This document shows, one piece after another, positions 50,101 to 62,739 of a DNA stretch of 64,000 nucleotides. Where the stretch lies: positions 19,120,560 to 19,184,559 of the forward strand of contig NC_134027.1 of assembly GCF_964204645.1 (NCBI RefSeq), written 5' to 3'. The notes below the pieces were generated by a model. The model was not told where the DNA came from, searched no databases, and worked only from the letters and a program-made list of their open reading frames with translations. The number at the start of each line of letters is the position of its first letter. Positions within the stretch are counted from its first letter, which is position 1. A program made the translations under genes and the position numbers. The stretch is from Tubulanus polymorphus (taxonomy: Eukaryota > Animalia > Nemertea).

Positions 50101-52187
50101 CTGAAAAAAATTATAAAAATTCCACTATCAACTGCTTATGGTAATTCATTTTAAAAAAATCAAACTGGAACCAGGGTCTAGTTCCACAAATTAAATCTCG
50201 GATTTTTTATGAAAAGTATCGCATAGATTTTGCAATACGAAAACATCAAATCTATCTATCACAACTACATTTTTGATGCATAAAATCTGATCATGGATAT
50301 GCTATCAAAACTAAATAGCCAATAATCGTAGATATACTGAGTACATATTGATTTCAATAAATGCTATGGAAATCTAAATTTCATATTTGTAAACCACCAA
50401 AATTATTTTTACGGTATTTTACCTATTTTAACTATTGTAGGCCTATTTGACTGGTCAACACATCCTATTTTCCCAGTCAAAAGATGTATCAAAACCCAGT
50501 AGCCATTAATCATAGACCTTGGAGTAATCAATTTCAAATGATTACTCCAAGCATAGACGAAATGTCAGAACTAATGATGAACTTTGATGAATCAAAATTC
50601 CAGATATGTTGTCAGAATTAAAATAACATATATTTGCCGGTCACACAAAAAACTATCATATTCTATCCATCAAACTATCACATAACAAAATTATATCTAT
50701 CACTTCTGGCAAGAATCAACCCAGAATCTCTCGACAATGAGGACCCTTTACCACCACCTATCCCGCTAGACTCCTCGGTCGAAATTTTCTTAGCCTCCCA
50801 CATCAGAACTTAGGCAAATCATATCTCTAGATGAACTCACATTGATCGTAAAGGTTCATACATAGCGCAAATTTTATTCATCATTCTTAGTTTTTGACAA
50901 ATTATGGATAGATTTTAAATCAATCAAAGAAATCCGAAAATCATTGTTTGAGTTTGACCCTCGCTTGCCACATTCAAATGTAAAGTCCTCATTGAATCGA
51001 CAAAAATCCACTCTAATAACGATGCTCAAGTAAAATAAACTGATTGACCCCACACTGCACTTCATGGGAATCTCAAGTCATTGATGAATAGCATTCTTTG
51101 ATTTGTCATCGAAGGATATGTTTTGTTAGGATTCATAATACAAACATTCTTGAACATATAGGCTAATAAAGGATTCATACCCGGTCTCGAAACTCTGCGT
51201 TTTTGCCATCGAATCCAAACCTCCTCTTCAGCATAAGCGATCAGGTCATCGATTATATGTAGATTATGTATGAGACAATTCCTAACAGCATTCTCAGACA
51301 CTTCTAAAAACAAAAACAAACGTATGTAGATATACCTGGGTAATTCAAATTCCTGGATGCTCATCCTGGGTTCTTTGAAAAGGAAAATGCACTAACTGGG
51401 AAGCAAGAAAGTGTCTTGTCACATGGCATCGTTCCCAGTTACATGAATTCAAAATTCCCAAGTTTTTCATTGAGTGATTCTCCCAACTATTTCCCTGATT
51501 TGAGGAAAATTTCTCATACTCCCAAATATTTTCATACTGGGAATTATCATTTCAAAATTCCCAAGTCTTTCCCATTTCTCCTGTTCTGTGGGAACCATGA
51601 CACAGGTCAAGTGCTTATGGCAGCGTAACGTTAGTGAATAGGGTCCCAAGAGAGAAGGTTAAGAATGGATTTGAAATATACAACAGTAGGCCTAAACGAT
51701 GATAACGTGGTAACGCCATCTTGAAATCTTTCTCACTATCGGCATAACTAAAGCGGGCTTAATGAGCGTCGAATCACATGTGAACGCAACTCGCTCTGTA
51801 AGCACGGTATTCTGGCAAATTCGGTACCACACCAGTACGGTACTTCGTAAGGCCACAATTTTGTGTGAACACACTACTAGTATATAGTCAGTTTCGATAC
51901 TTTTATCGTTCATTCTTTGTACCTTGTGTGTGTGTGAATTCTCGGCATCTTTAATTCTATTTGTTGTATGTTTCTATATTGGTTGTATATTAATGCTATT
52001 AAATAAAGATCAATAAAGATTTATTCTATTCTATTCTTAAGAAATCTGGTCTATCTGTTGGGTGTTCAATTACGCAAATTAGTACAGTGCAGCAATCGTA
52101 GGCACGTCGAAACCCACAACTTTTTTACATCAATATAACCTGACATGCCAACATCCTCGCACTTTATGAAACATCCTGAGTAATTTA

Positions 52188-52950
52188 AGGCTGGCTTATG
52201 TCGACAAGCAACGCGACGCCTACCGACGTAACTGGGTTTATCGCCGATTAGCGGCAACTAGCGGCCTACGAGAGGCTGCCAGTTGCTCCTCAATCGGTTC
52301 GACATAAGCCAGCTTGCGACGGCAACGCGGTTAGTTGCCCATGTTCTACTCCGGCCTACGGTAGGCGGGCAGTTGCTTTCGATCGCAGCCGACATAAGCT
52401 CACCTGCGATGCGACGGAACTGAGTGCAGGGGTTCCAGCCAATGAGAGACCGTATATACATAGTATAAATTATCACCGCTAGTTAGCGTCATTGGTAATT
52501 AGTCATAAACTTTCAAATTCAAGTAGTTCAAAAAGTAAACCAAACCTTCAGCACGGCAGAGGACTGGACCGAAAATCTAGAAACGAAATTTGTAGAATTA
52601 TGGTGTGAGCGGCCATCTTTATACAATGTCGCTAGCACGTTGTATTCAAAACAGAATCAGAAAGATCAAAGTCTTAAAGAAATAGCTTTTCTAATAGACA
52701 TATATTTCCTAATAATTCAACTTTATTCTCAAAATGCTTATCACGTGACCATTTGAGCCGTTGCAGTTGCTAGTAATCGCAACCGACATAAGCAGGGAAG
52801 CAACTGGGAGGATCTCATATCCCGCTAGTCGGCGTCAGTTGCTGCGAATCGGAGCGCAGTCGACATAAGCTGGGCTGCGATCGCGGTTGCTCTCAGTTGC
52901 GTTGGTAGGAGTCTGTAGGCATCGCGTTGCTTGTCGACATAAGCCAGCCT
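52188..52950 (+). mobile_element. Non-autonomous PIF/Harbinger element retaining a MADF/Myb-like ORF fragment
   Basis: TSD TTA; TIR AGGCTGGCTTATGTCGACAAGCAACGCGA; about 52553-52700 reads AEDWTENLETKFVELWCERPSLYNVASTLYSKQNQKDQSLKEIA. Confidence 0.88.
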
Positions 52951-54786
52951 TTAGAGTTCTGAGAAATTCCTGTATATGCGCTTCCGTGAGAGTGGAAATA
53001 AGTATTGAATTGGTATTGTGGAAATATTTTTGCAGTAATTAAGTTTTTCATCAAACGTGCATTTCTTTATTTTGTATATCTCTTGACTGCTGCTAAGTGT
53101 GCAAATCAGTTTACGATATTGCACAGCTCTGCTTTGCAGGGTGAATAGAATGTTATGACGATATCTACCATGTCACAAACTGCACTGCCAACTGATCTTA
53201 CTGTTCGGCAGTTAACAAACTGGAACGCTGCCTCCGTTTCTGGCCTCAGGATAGTAAACTCAGTCTATCTGCGCGCAATGGTGACTGGAAGGTGGCCTCA
53301 TTACATCGGTCTCATTAAACACTACCTAAACCTAATCCTGACAATGTAAATATAACCCGATCAAGACTGTATATAAGTAAGTACAAACATGTATCTAATA
53401 TTCACGTGCCTGTGCCGCTTTCTTACTGACGGTCTATCAATGAGCTTAGGTACTGTCTGTTTGATTGTGATACATCCACAGACCTAACTATGCACTGTAT
53501 ATTAGAAACACAAAACTGCTCCCAGTGTAAAACTTTTACTTTTAGGCAAATTCAGCACCAGATGTGAAGTACCAACTGCGCACCCCTCGACGAAAAAACC
53601 CATCCTCATCGGAGCTGCACCGTCGATGTCATACAATTACGCTTCGGATACCCCAGGACCATAATCTCATCTGGAAAATTTGCGTTTCGAAATGTGCTTC
53701 CTTTCTATCTAGTCAACACGCGGGATCATCAACTTAGAGGACTTCCACATCAACATCTAACCGAGAAAAAACTACAGTAAACTATCGCACTATTTACACA
53801 TAAAAAACTAATTAAAAAAAATATACAAATGGACAAAATGATCTTCAACCTTGTAATATAGCTATTTCCAAAATCTCGATGTATTAAATTAGGCAGCCAA
53901 GAAAATTCACCCCAATCAGTCACTTGCCGGTTCAGACTAAATGGAAGATTGTTTGAATGAACCGGAACCAAATTTCCAATTATGTACTTCGATTTAAACA
54001 AAAAAAATTCTGTTAATTATGTACTTCGATTTAAACCAAAAAAATTCTGTTAATTCGACCGCCAATCACACAACCATATCTGTACTTCAATTTTCTATAT
54101 TCTTACTTTCGATTTCAAAATCAAACCCTGTTTTTCTCCCGGCAGGTGAGGTGGATCTGTAAGGGACACTCAATCATTAAATGAAATTAACCAGCCAAAT
54201 AAATAACGGGAACAATCCCTATTGTAAGATCAAATAAACCAATACAGATGGCTAGATATAGCTTCAAAAAGGTCCTCGAACGAGAAAATTCATAGAAATG
54301 AATTCAATTAATCAGGGACATTTCAGGCCATTTGGAGAATAAATAACACCACAATTGAATTTTGAGAATGAAAAACACAATCGACTAAATAAAGAATTGA
54401 ACTATCCGATACACACCGCTGAAACCAAACAGAGCTTTTTCAAGCGTTTACAGGTCACTACGGACCCTGTTAATGATGGTAAATTATATTTAGTTAGATA
54501 ATCTTCAGCGTTGCTCAGACTACGATTTACAAATGAAAAACAGCAAACCGTTAGGAACTACAGGTCTGAGAATTCAGGCCAAAATGACATTTCCGAGCAC
54601 AGAAAGGTCACATGACAGCGACCTGTGCCCGACTGACCCAATTTTCTTAGGCTGATGGATGATGGAGTACACATATATGACAGATCAACATGAAGATAAT
54701 TGATTGAAGTGTCTTACAAATTTCCTTCGAAAACTTCAAAATGTGTAAAAAGTGCTCATTTCAGCGAACAGCAATGGCCACCAGAT

Positions 54787-55438
54787 GGGTCCCGCTAAAG
54801 TTCGAAAAGACGAAATCACGAAATATGAAACGAAATTACAAACCATGAAGCGAAATTACGAAACTACGAAATGCGGAACGAAATCACTAGATGTTAATTT
54901 TTTTGGGAGTAGTGCTGAAGTATGAAACGAAGTACGAAACGTAATGGTCACATTTCAAACACGACCATACTATAGTTAAAGCTCGTTATAACACCACGGA
55001 CTGTCAAAATTTTGGCGGTACATGTAAACAATCTTTTGAAACTACACAAGAATATATGTTCTTAAACTGGAAGGTTTTTAGCCTATTTACATTTTGAGAT
55101 GGTCCCCGGCAAGGTTGATATGATCAGGGAAGTGTAATGGGACTGATATGATAAATTCCCTGAACACTTCCCTGATATGATAAATAAACATCGGAATCTG
55201 TAGTATGTGGTCATTATTTCGTTTCCTCCATCGTGGATCCAACAACATGATTCGCAAAATACAATTTCGTTTCATATTTCATTTCATACTTTAGCAGGAC
55301 CCGCAAAAGAATGGCCATTTTTCGTAAATTCGTTTCATATATCGTAATTTCATTTTGTATTTCGTAAATTTGTTTGATATTTCGTAATTTCATTGTTTCG
55401 TAATTTCATTGTTTCGTACATGTACTTTAAAAGTACCC
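54787..55438. mobile_element. MULE-like MITE with CGAAA-rich arms, nested in a HINE-like copy (about 54550-55580)
   Basis: GGGT...ACCC ends; 9-bp TSD CCACCAGAT at 54778-54786 and 55439-55447. Confidence 0.75.
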
Positions 55439-56199
55439 CCACCAGATGGCCATCTTGATTTTGAGCTACAGATGTGTCTAGGGTAGATATATGTAAACCA
55501 AATATTGCGAAAATCCATTGAAGTGTCTTCAAAAAATAACTTCCCAAAATAACTGGCTTACATCTACGGACAGACAGAATAGCAAATGAATGGTTAAAAA
55601 TTTGATTTTGTCAATGATTATCTCAACTTGACATTAATTGATTTATACATAAAGCGTTGCCGATTTTATGTTGAGTTATTACATTGACATAAAATCAGAT
55701 ATCTCTTCTTTAATTCGAAATTCCATTTTTCCAGTTGACCCTTCTGAATTAGATTGAAATGTTTACATTAATAGCTCCGCAAGTCTTGGGGCATTGCTTC
55801 AACGAATGCAAGTCAATTAAATCCAGAACGTGTTGTCATTTATCGGCAACATCTGATTTGCACGCGAGAATGGTTCAGCGACGACTAACTACTCATCTCG
55901 GAACGATGGAAGAATTGGCCAAGACATTTAATCGGTCACAATAACATTACAAATAAAGATCTGTCAACAGATGGACAGACGATATATGCCAATTTTGCAT
56001 CGTGAAAAAACCTATCAAAAACAAGTTTCAAGACTATGGCTTCTCTATGTCTCCAATTCGAATCAATATCTATATTCACACCGGGACGACTTTGCCTGGG
56101 GTCATATTGGCCGAGATCAAACACGGTCCTGATCAGACATTTTTCAGTCGGGTCAAATTTGGCCAGGGTCAAAAATGCATGTGTGATTATGGCTAATAA

Positions 56200-56658
56200 G
56201 GCCATCCCAAATTGATTGTCAGCTTGCCGTAGACCCTAAAATTGACTGTAAGTTTTCAGGATGAGTCAGTAGCTAGGAAGAATTTTTTTTGGCTAAATTT
56301 TAGGGCAAAGAAAAAATGATTCATCACATTTTTACATGGAAAACAATATCACAAATTGGCATTGTGCACGGGAAATATCACTAATAGCCTAGATTTCAAG
56401 AATAATTTTAAAATTCTAACTTTATCCAGAGCCAGTTTCCTGGAAAACTAGGCGGCCATACTTCAAAGCACGTTTTCACACAATGCACACTTGGCTACAA
56501 ACATACGTAGCGCATACATCGGCAGTGGGTTGGTCGGTGGGCCGTTCTATAGTCAAAAATTAAATTGATTTCAATAAATCCCTGAAAAAAGTTTTCACTC
56601 GGTACTTTTGAAGTCGAGTTGGGTTACGGTGCAAAGATACCATTATTTTGGGATGGCC
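56200..56658. mobile_element. Harbinger-like MITE
   Basis: TIR GGCCATCCCAAA / TTTGGGATGGCC; flanks TAA and TCA. Confidence 0.7.
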
Positions 56659-56690
56659 TCAGTGTAATTTCAATAAAATGTGATCATTAC

Positions 56691-56700
56691 CTAACAACAT
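56691..56700 (-). CDS. Probable start-codon exon of the AT-hook/ZF gene (whole exon 56691-56746)
   Basis: TTTTCTCTTACAG| acceptor and TAG|GTAATG donor; ATG TTG TTA G| is phase 1, matching the 50100 acceptor; in-frame TAA upstream of the ATG. Confidence 0.5.
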
Positions 56701-57813
56701 CTTGTCACTTTTCCGTCCAGTGAATTACACCGCCAGTCGTACAGTACTGTAAGAGAAAATATGAATTTAGAGTCAGTAATGATTTATCAAAACCAAACAA
56801 CACGGGACTACTGTTTGACAAAGCTAATTACCATCACTTTCAATTGTTGAGTTCATTGGAAATGAGAATGATATTTTGAGCAATGTAATCATAAATTGGG
56901 CCCAGTACGTTACAAGGCAGGTATCGGTGTTCCAATATTGTAAGATTTGGTCCCATCATCATCCATAAAGAAATGCATATTTAAATGTGATGAATTCCAT
57001 ATATTTTCATTTCTCTTGGGATAAATAATCGTAATTCTCTTAGAATTATTAATTTACATAGCCTATCACGTGAGAAAAATCCTTTTCAAGCGGTGCGTGT
57101 GAGCGTCGCATGTGAATCTACCAGCAAAAATGTCAACTCCTGCATCGGAAGGTCAAATAGGATGATCGATCCATAGTACTTCCAATCCATTGACTTTGTT
57201 TTTTAGTCCATGGTACTACCGAGCTAATTGCTTGGCAAATGATATCAGTAAAAAGTAACTCGTCAGTTCTATGTTTTACCGACACAGTGATTAACAAGGA
57301 TGGACCACATGAGTAAGGCACGCATTAACTTAAGACGGATCTTAAAATTTTCTATACATACGAAAATGTACTACAATATCTTAATTTGGATGAGATATTT
57401 TATCCGAGTCCGACTTATGAAATCCGACTTAATCATACATTTTGTACTATCTTATTCCCAAATAGACCAGGACTTCAGAAATTGACCGACATGTGCGCAC
57501 ATTCGAGTTAAGCGTATCCCGCTTTTCCGTACTCTACTACATTACAACGCGAATCTTGAAAATATGCCAAATAAAAAGTAAATCTATTCTAAATTTTATC
57601 CAGATTCTTTACCGTAATGATTATGGCAAAAAGTAAGAAACCCACTAGAAATGATTATAGGCCGAAATGGAATTATCATCGGAGATATATATTGCTTTGA
57701 AATATTCTTTATAAATCGCCAAGCACAGATTTTTACCTACTTCGAAGAATTAGGCATTACACAGGGATTTATTACCAACATTCGGAGTGGAAGATGGGTT
57801 ACTAGCAGGATAA

Positions 57814-58279
57814 GGGAGCATCTCAAAATTTCGACACATGTTCCTATACGAATAACACGCCTATAGGGGTGGGCTGTAGATACCAACCCCGAAAAGAAAT
57901 TAAATGTAGAACTGTCGACCGGTTGGATTCGAACCGCATCTCCATACAGGTCGTGGCGAATTGCAATGAGTCATTACTCGGCAATTACCCACCGGGTTTG
58001 AAGTTTTGTCGTACGCGAAAATTACATTGTTTCAAACGGATTTATTTGTTGTAACAGTTCCGTTTCTTTTAGTCAATAAAGTTTATAAAGATAATACGTT
58101 TATGAGTCATTATGTAGTATATTTCCACATGTCGCGATGTTTTATTATCTTAGATTGTATCCAACCATCGGAATCAACACTTCCAAAATATGGGTCCAAC
58201 GAATGGACATGGGGTGGGTGCGTCAGGACTTAGAGAGTTACTCGTATAGGAACAGATGTCAAAATTTTGAGATGCTCCC
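57814..58279. mobile_element. Harbinger-like MITE
   Basis: TSD TAA; TIR GGGAGCATCTCAAAATTT...TTCCTATACGA (~40 bp). Confidence 0.85.
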
Positions 58280-58566
58280 TAAAGGAGTGTGGGTGTCTCA
58301 AGTTGCATTGTAAGCCGACTTGCGTCACGATAATATGATGGCACCTAGCAGTGGGCTATACCGTATGCGGCTACTTGCTAATTTCAACTCCAGTCGCATC
58401 GGTATCTGTCGTATTGTAGCCAGACATAAGCTAGCCACCCATTGCTTAATCGATTGATACAACGACTTCACCTACAACGGTACCAGTCTATCCGGTAATA
58501 GGTTCAATTCAGTAAAACAAATACAAAATTTCCATTTGCTAGGACTACTGAGTTTTTCAATACATA

Positions 58567-58747
58567 CAGTGCAACCTCGTTATAACGAACTCAGATACAA
58601 TGATTCATCAGATATTACAAATATTATTGTGACTCCCCAAGTAAGCTTAAGACAATTCAATCATTTTCATACTGGATATAACGAACTCTCAGTTATAACG
58701 CACATATTATCTGGTTCCATGAAGTTCGTTGTAACGAGGTTCCATTG
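58567..58747. mobile_element. pogo/Tigger-like MITE (uninterrupted relative of the 38358 outer element)
   Basis: TA|CAGTGCAACCTCGTTATAACGAAC ... GTTCGTTGTAACGAGGTTCCATTG|TA. Confidence 0.85.
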
Positions 58748-59599
58748 TATATTTCGCCTAATCCAGTACTATCGCTCCATTCGGTAACCAGCCTTGTCCA
58801 GCCTGGTTTCAGCCTTAAGACGAAACAACACCATGTTCAAACAGAAAGTGAATGCAATAGCCAAGGGACTAAAGATCCAAGTGGACTAAAAACCTAGGTG
58901 TGATTTTGGAATTTAGCCAGCCAATATTACTTGAATTCAGTTCCCAACAAATGACCAACGTTGTTTGAATCAGACATCATCCTTTCGTAGGCTACGCTAT
59001 ATCCTATCGTAATTTGTTTTGCCAATGCGATAATTGTAGGTCCCTATGGAAAGTTCACAACGCAAATATCATCATAAACATTGAACACATGTGGCGATAT
59101 TGAACAAGGGCGATATTGAAAATATTGAAGAAAGGCCAAGACCCCTCACACGACACCTCTTATAGCACTTTTACAGCTTATGACGTTTTCAAAATGTCAC
59201 CTGCTGTGCGCACAAAGTAAACCTTTAAGAAACGCATGTGAGACAATTTATGAAAAGTGCAATGCAAGTGCAGGCAATAGGCCTCTACATTATTGAAGAC
59301 ATAAAGAGACCGCCACTACTATATTGAACAAAATAAATTCCGCTGATTCTAGAATTGATTGAATTCGTAATTTTTACAGGGTCTTAGGCTAGTTTGATTA
59401 ATTTAATAGTCTTTGATTGAACTGCATCGTTCATCTGACTTGAAAATTGCAAAATTCCTTTGATTAGCAAATTCTTTGTAGGCTAACTAATATGCCAGTT
59501 CTCAGCATTACTGCGAAGAACTGCAATTTTTTGAAGCAATTTTTGATTGCAGTGGTCGATTGCTGATTTTTTACTGGTTCTCATACCGGTAGGTCTATG

Positions 59600-60126
59600 C
59601 ACAGGGGTTTGGCGATGGGCTATTTCCGGGTTGTTGATAATCTCGTGAGAATGGCGCTTAATATGAACTGTGAATAAATTCAAAATATTACGGAAATACC
59701 TTGTGTTTATATATCCGCTATAAAGTTCCGATAAAAAATTGGTCGTTAAGGATCAGACGGTCGTGACGCTCTAGGCTGTATAAAACCACAAGGGATGCAG
59801 TCCTCCGCTGTTGGGACAGTTACGTGCTTCAGGTTCGCATTCAGTCAAATAAGAAGCGTTAAGTCATGTGACTGTCCCAACTTTCTGGCTGGCACGACTT
59901 GAAGGTGTTTCATCCCTTGTGATTTTATATAGAGCGTCACGGCCATCTAATAATGATCCTTAACGACCAATTGTTTATCGGAACTTTATAGCGGATAAAT
60001 AAACAATATAAACACAAGGTATTTCCGTGATATTATGAATTTATTCGCAGTTCATATTTAGCGCCATTCTCGCGAGATTATCAACAACCCGGGAATAAAA
60101 TCCAAGCCCATCACCAAACCCCTGTG
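59600..60126. mobile_element. Long-TIR foldback MITE, P-element/hAT-like (solo arm at about 31559-31753)
   Basis: CACAGGGGTTTGG...CCAAACCCCTGTG; arms over 200 bp; 8-bp TSD GGTCTATG/GGTCAATG (one mismatch). Confidence 0.85.
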
Positions 60127-60807
60127 GGTCAATGTTGCCGCGGCAAACTTACTTCAAATTCATCAAAAACATTATAGGCTATTCAAAGAAGAAAAAGTCA
60201 TTCAGAATATAATTGCTGCGGCCTTCGCCGCTGCACTTCCAACGCCAATCAACTACAAAATCCAAGCTAAAACACTGAAACACTTTAATTCTATGATATC
60301 AAAATTAACATATGCCTCGACTCTTTCATACTGTGATGAAAACACAAAATAAAATCCCACGTTTTCTTCTTTCATAATACAAAATTTAATAATTGGCCCT
60401 TGATGAAGTGTTTGTCACCTAGATTTCATCTATTAGGCCTACATATCTAGGTTTACTGATATTGGATGCGTATTCAGCTAGAAATGATAATAATCTCACC
60501 CCGAGAAAAACAAAACCCTACAATTACACACATGCACCATCTATCAGTACAAGAGAAAAAGTGGTTCCAACACAACTTTGTTAACAATTAATAAAAAAGA
60601 AGCTAAAAGATTATGCTTAATAGGATTGGCTTGTTGTGCAAGGCACAGTTAAGGTGCACCTCGAATTCTAGTAAAAAGGGTCCCTAAACTAAACAGCATC
60701 AAACTCAAAAGTAAATCGCGATCAATTAAATTCAAATCAATCCACCCTCCCCCCCCCACAGTTCTTAACTAACTAAAGTCAAAGACTTTCGATCCTTTTG
60801 ACCTTAC

Positions 60808-60960
60808 CTTCTTCTCTCTCTACGAAAGGTCCGTCTGTGCCTAAACTTTCGGTTCGACTTGTTGTTTGACCTGTCATTTATTTCGTTATCGTATTAGTTT
60901 GATGACTTCATCGGTCAAGTGGATTCGCATGTGAGATATTTCGGTTCGATTCAGCAGGCT
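60808..60960 (-). promoter_or_regulatory. Candidate first non-coding exon/promoter region of the AT-hook/ZF gene
   Basis: Strong donor GAAG|GTAAGG at 60807 in a relatively CpG-rich tract; 5' end approximate. Confidence 0.35.
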
Positions 60961-61166
60961 ACAACACCACCCTAAGTGGGTCAGTCGGCAAACTTTGTAA
61001 ACAAATCTATTGCGTAGCGGCTGTATTGATTAATTGTTGAGAATTACCCTCGCTTGCCAGGGTTCTATATCCACGCTGGTCATCGTTTAACATTTCGATG
61101 CCATAACGCTTTACTTGGATTTGATATTTTCGAGCCCTAATTTATTTCTCAAATCATTCAAAATTA

Positions 61167-61272
61167 CGTCTTCATCTGTCAAAGGATTCGAACCCACTAC
61201 GCTAAAGCTGTTCCCCGAACAGGTGGGAGCGAGTTCGCGGAGCGATACCCAGACCCCTGGCAAGCGAGGATG
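61167..61272. mobile_element. MITE family B, 106-bp internally deleted copy
   Basis: Both ends match 29429-29753; TSD TCAAAATTA at 61158-61166 and 61273-61281. Confidence 0.85.
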
Positions 61273-62003
61273 TCAAAATTACTGTACATAAAATTGATAT
61301 TATTGCGGACACATTTTTTTATGCCGTGTATTAAACAGTCGCAATAATGTTTACATGTGACTAATTTGACAATCTAGTTGAATATTGATAACAGAAAAAC
61401 AAATAATTAGCGTTGATTACTTGTTGCGCCCGCACAACAACGAAAAAAATCTCTAAACCCACTGGCCAGCGCAGACAAAAAACCAAGGGCGGTTTTTGCG
61501 CGTGAAGTAGTTGTTTTAGCGCGTTAACTACGATTTGTTTTTGCGTGGTCATGTAATTATATTCTTAGCGCGTAAAAACTAAGTCACACGCGCTACTAAG
61601 TCACACGCGCTAATATTTTCGTGTCTATTTTGATTCATCAATTTTGATGTTGTGCTTTCCAGTCGACATAATGTCCGATTTTGTAAAGCTTTCCTTATTT
61701 CTATAACAAGTAAAACCAAAAAGAAGCGACTTTTGACGCCATTAACTTTTAACTAATGATAATAACTGTGGCAGGTTTTTGGAAGGATTTGGGATTTTAT
61801 GTTCCTGGCTAATGATTTTAAGAGTTGTTTTCCATCAAGTTATTGCCAAAAAGCCCATCTCTCACATGTATCCTCGTTTGCCAGGATTTCATAGCCAACA
61901 CAAACCCTGGCCGCAGACCCTTCATTGGTCTTTTACGGCCCAAGATTTCTTTGGCAGACAGTTTGTCGCTCAGCAACCAAATTAGCCAATCTATCAGATG
62001 CAG

Positions 62004-62216
62004 ATTAGAACGATAACCACACTCAAACGTGGTGAACGGATAATAAGATAAAATCCCACTATTTACAGATTAAAAGAATTAAAAACCAGAAATTTATTTA
62101 TTCAATCTAAAATATATAAAAGACACGACGTTCGATCTCACCCTAGAGATCATCGTCAGGTGACGAAGAGATCATCGTCAGGTGACGATGATCTCTAGGG
62201 TGAGATCGAAACGTCG
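62004..62216 (-). mobile_element. Penelope solo pLTR with inverted, partly duplicated hammerhead segment
   Basis: 62004-62162 is nearly the reverse complement of 14580-14740; followed by a short duplication and a plus-strand copy TGACGATGATCTCTAGGGTGAGATCGAAACGTCG (62183-62216). Confidence 0.88.
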
Positions 62217-62283
62217 AACCAGACCAGATTCTACCACAGCACTGGGCACCCTGATCCTGAACCCGTCATGTCTCAGAAGCACC

Positions 62284-62309
62284 ACAACAACAACAACAAC
62301 AACAACAAC
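62284..62309. repeat. (ACA)n microsatellite
   Basis: About 8 ACA units. Confidence 0.9.
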
Positions 62310-62739
62310 TGGAACACCACTGAGAGGGTGACATATTGGATTTCCCAAGAAAAGTTTAAGCATGATGAAAACATCCATGGCTTCATTCTAGAAACAAATT
62401 GTCAAATTCATCTGTTAATAATATTAGTTTGAACTAATCAAATCAGAGTGACATTTTTTCAGGACACTCTGTAGGCCTATAACAGTTTCGTATTTTAGAA
62501 AATAGCCAGTATGTGTTTGTGATGTTTGATAGACATCTTGGCATTAATTCGCATTGATTATAGAACGATAGCCATGAGGCATGACAGCTATTGTCCAAGC
62601 TGTTGAACTTTTATCCGATAAATCTGTTTTAGACAGGAAATTAGTAGGTACGAAGTTGTATGATTTCTTAATGCTTTTCGCTTAAGCTAATTATTCTCTG
62701 AATATTAATTCTCTGAATTTTATTAATAAGTACAAGTCG

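Noticed and set aside
47949-54056. Short local tandem duplications (about 44 bp at 47949, about 37 bp at 53978)
   Set aside because: Two-copy slippage events with no further structure.
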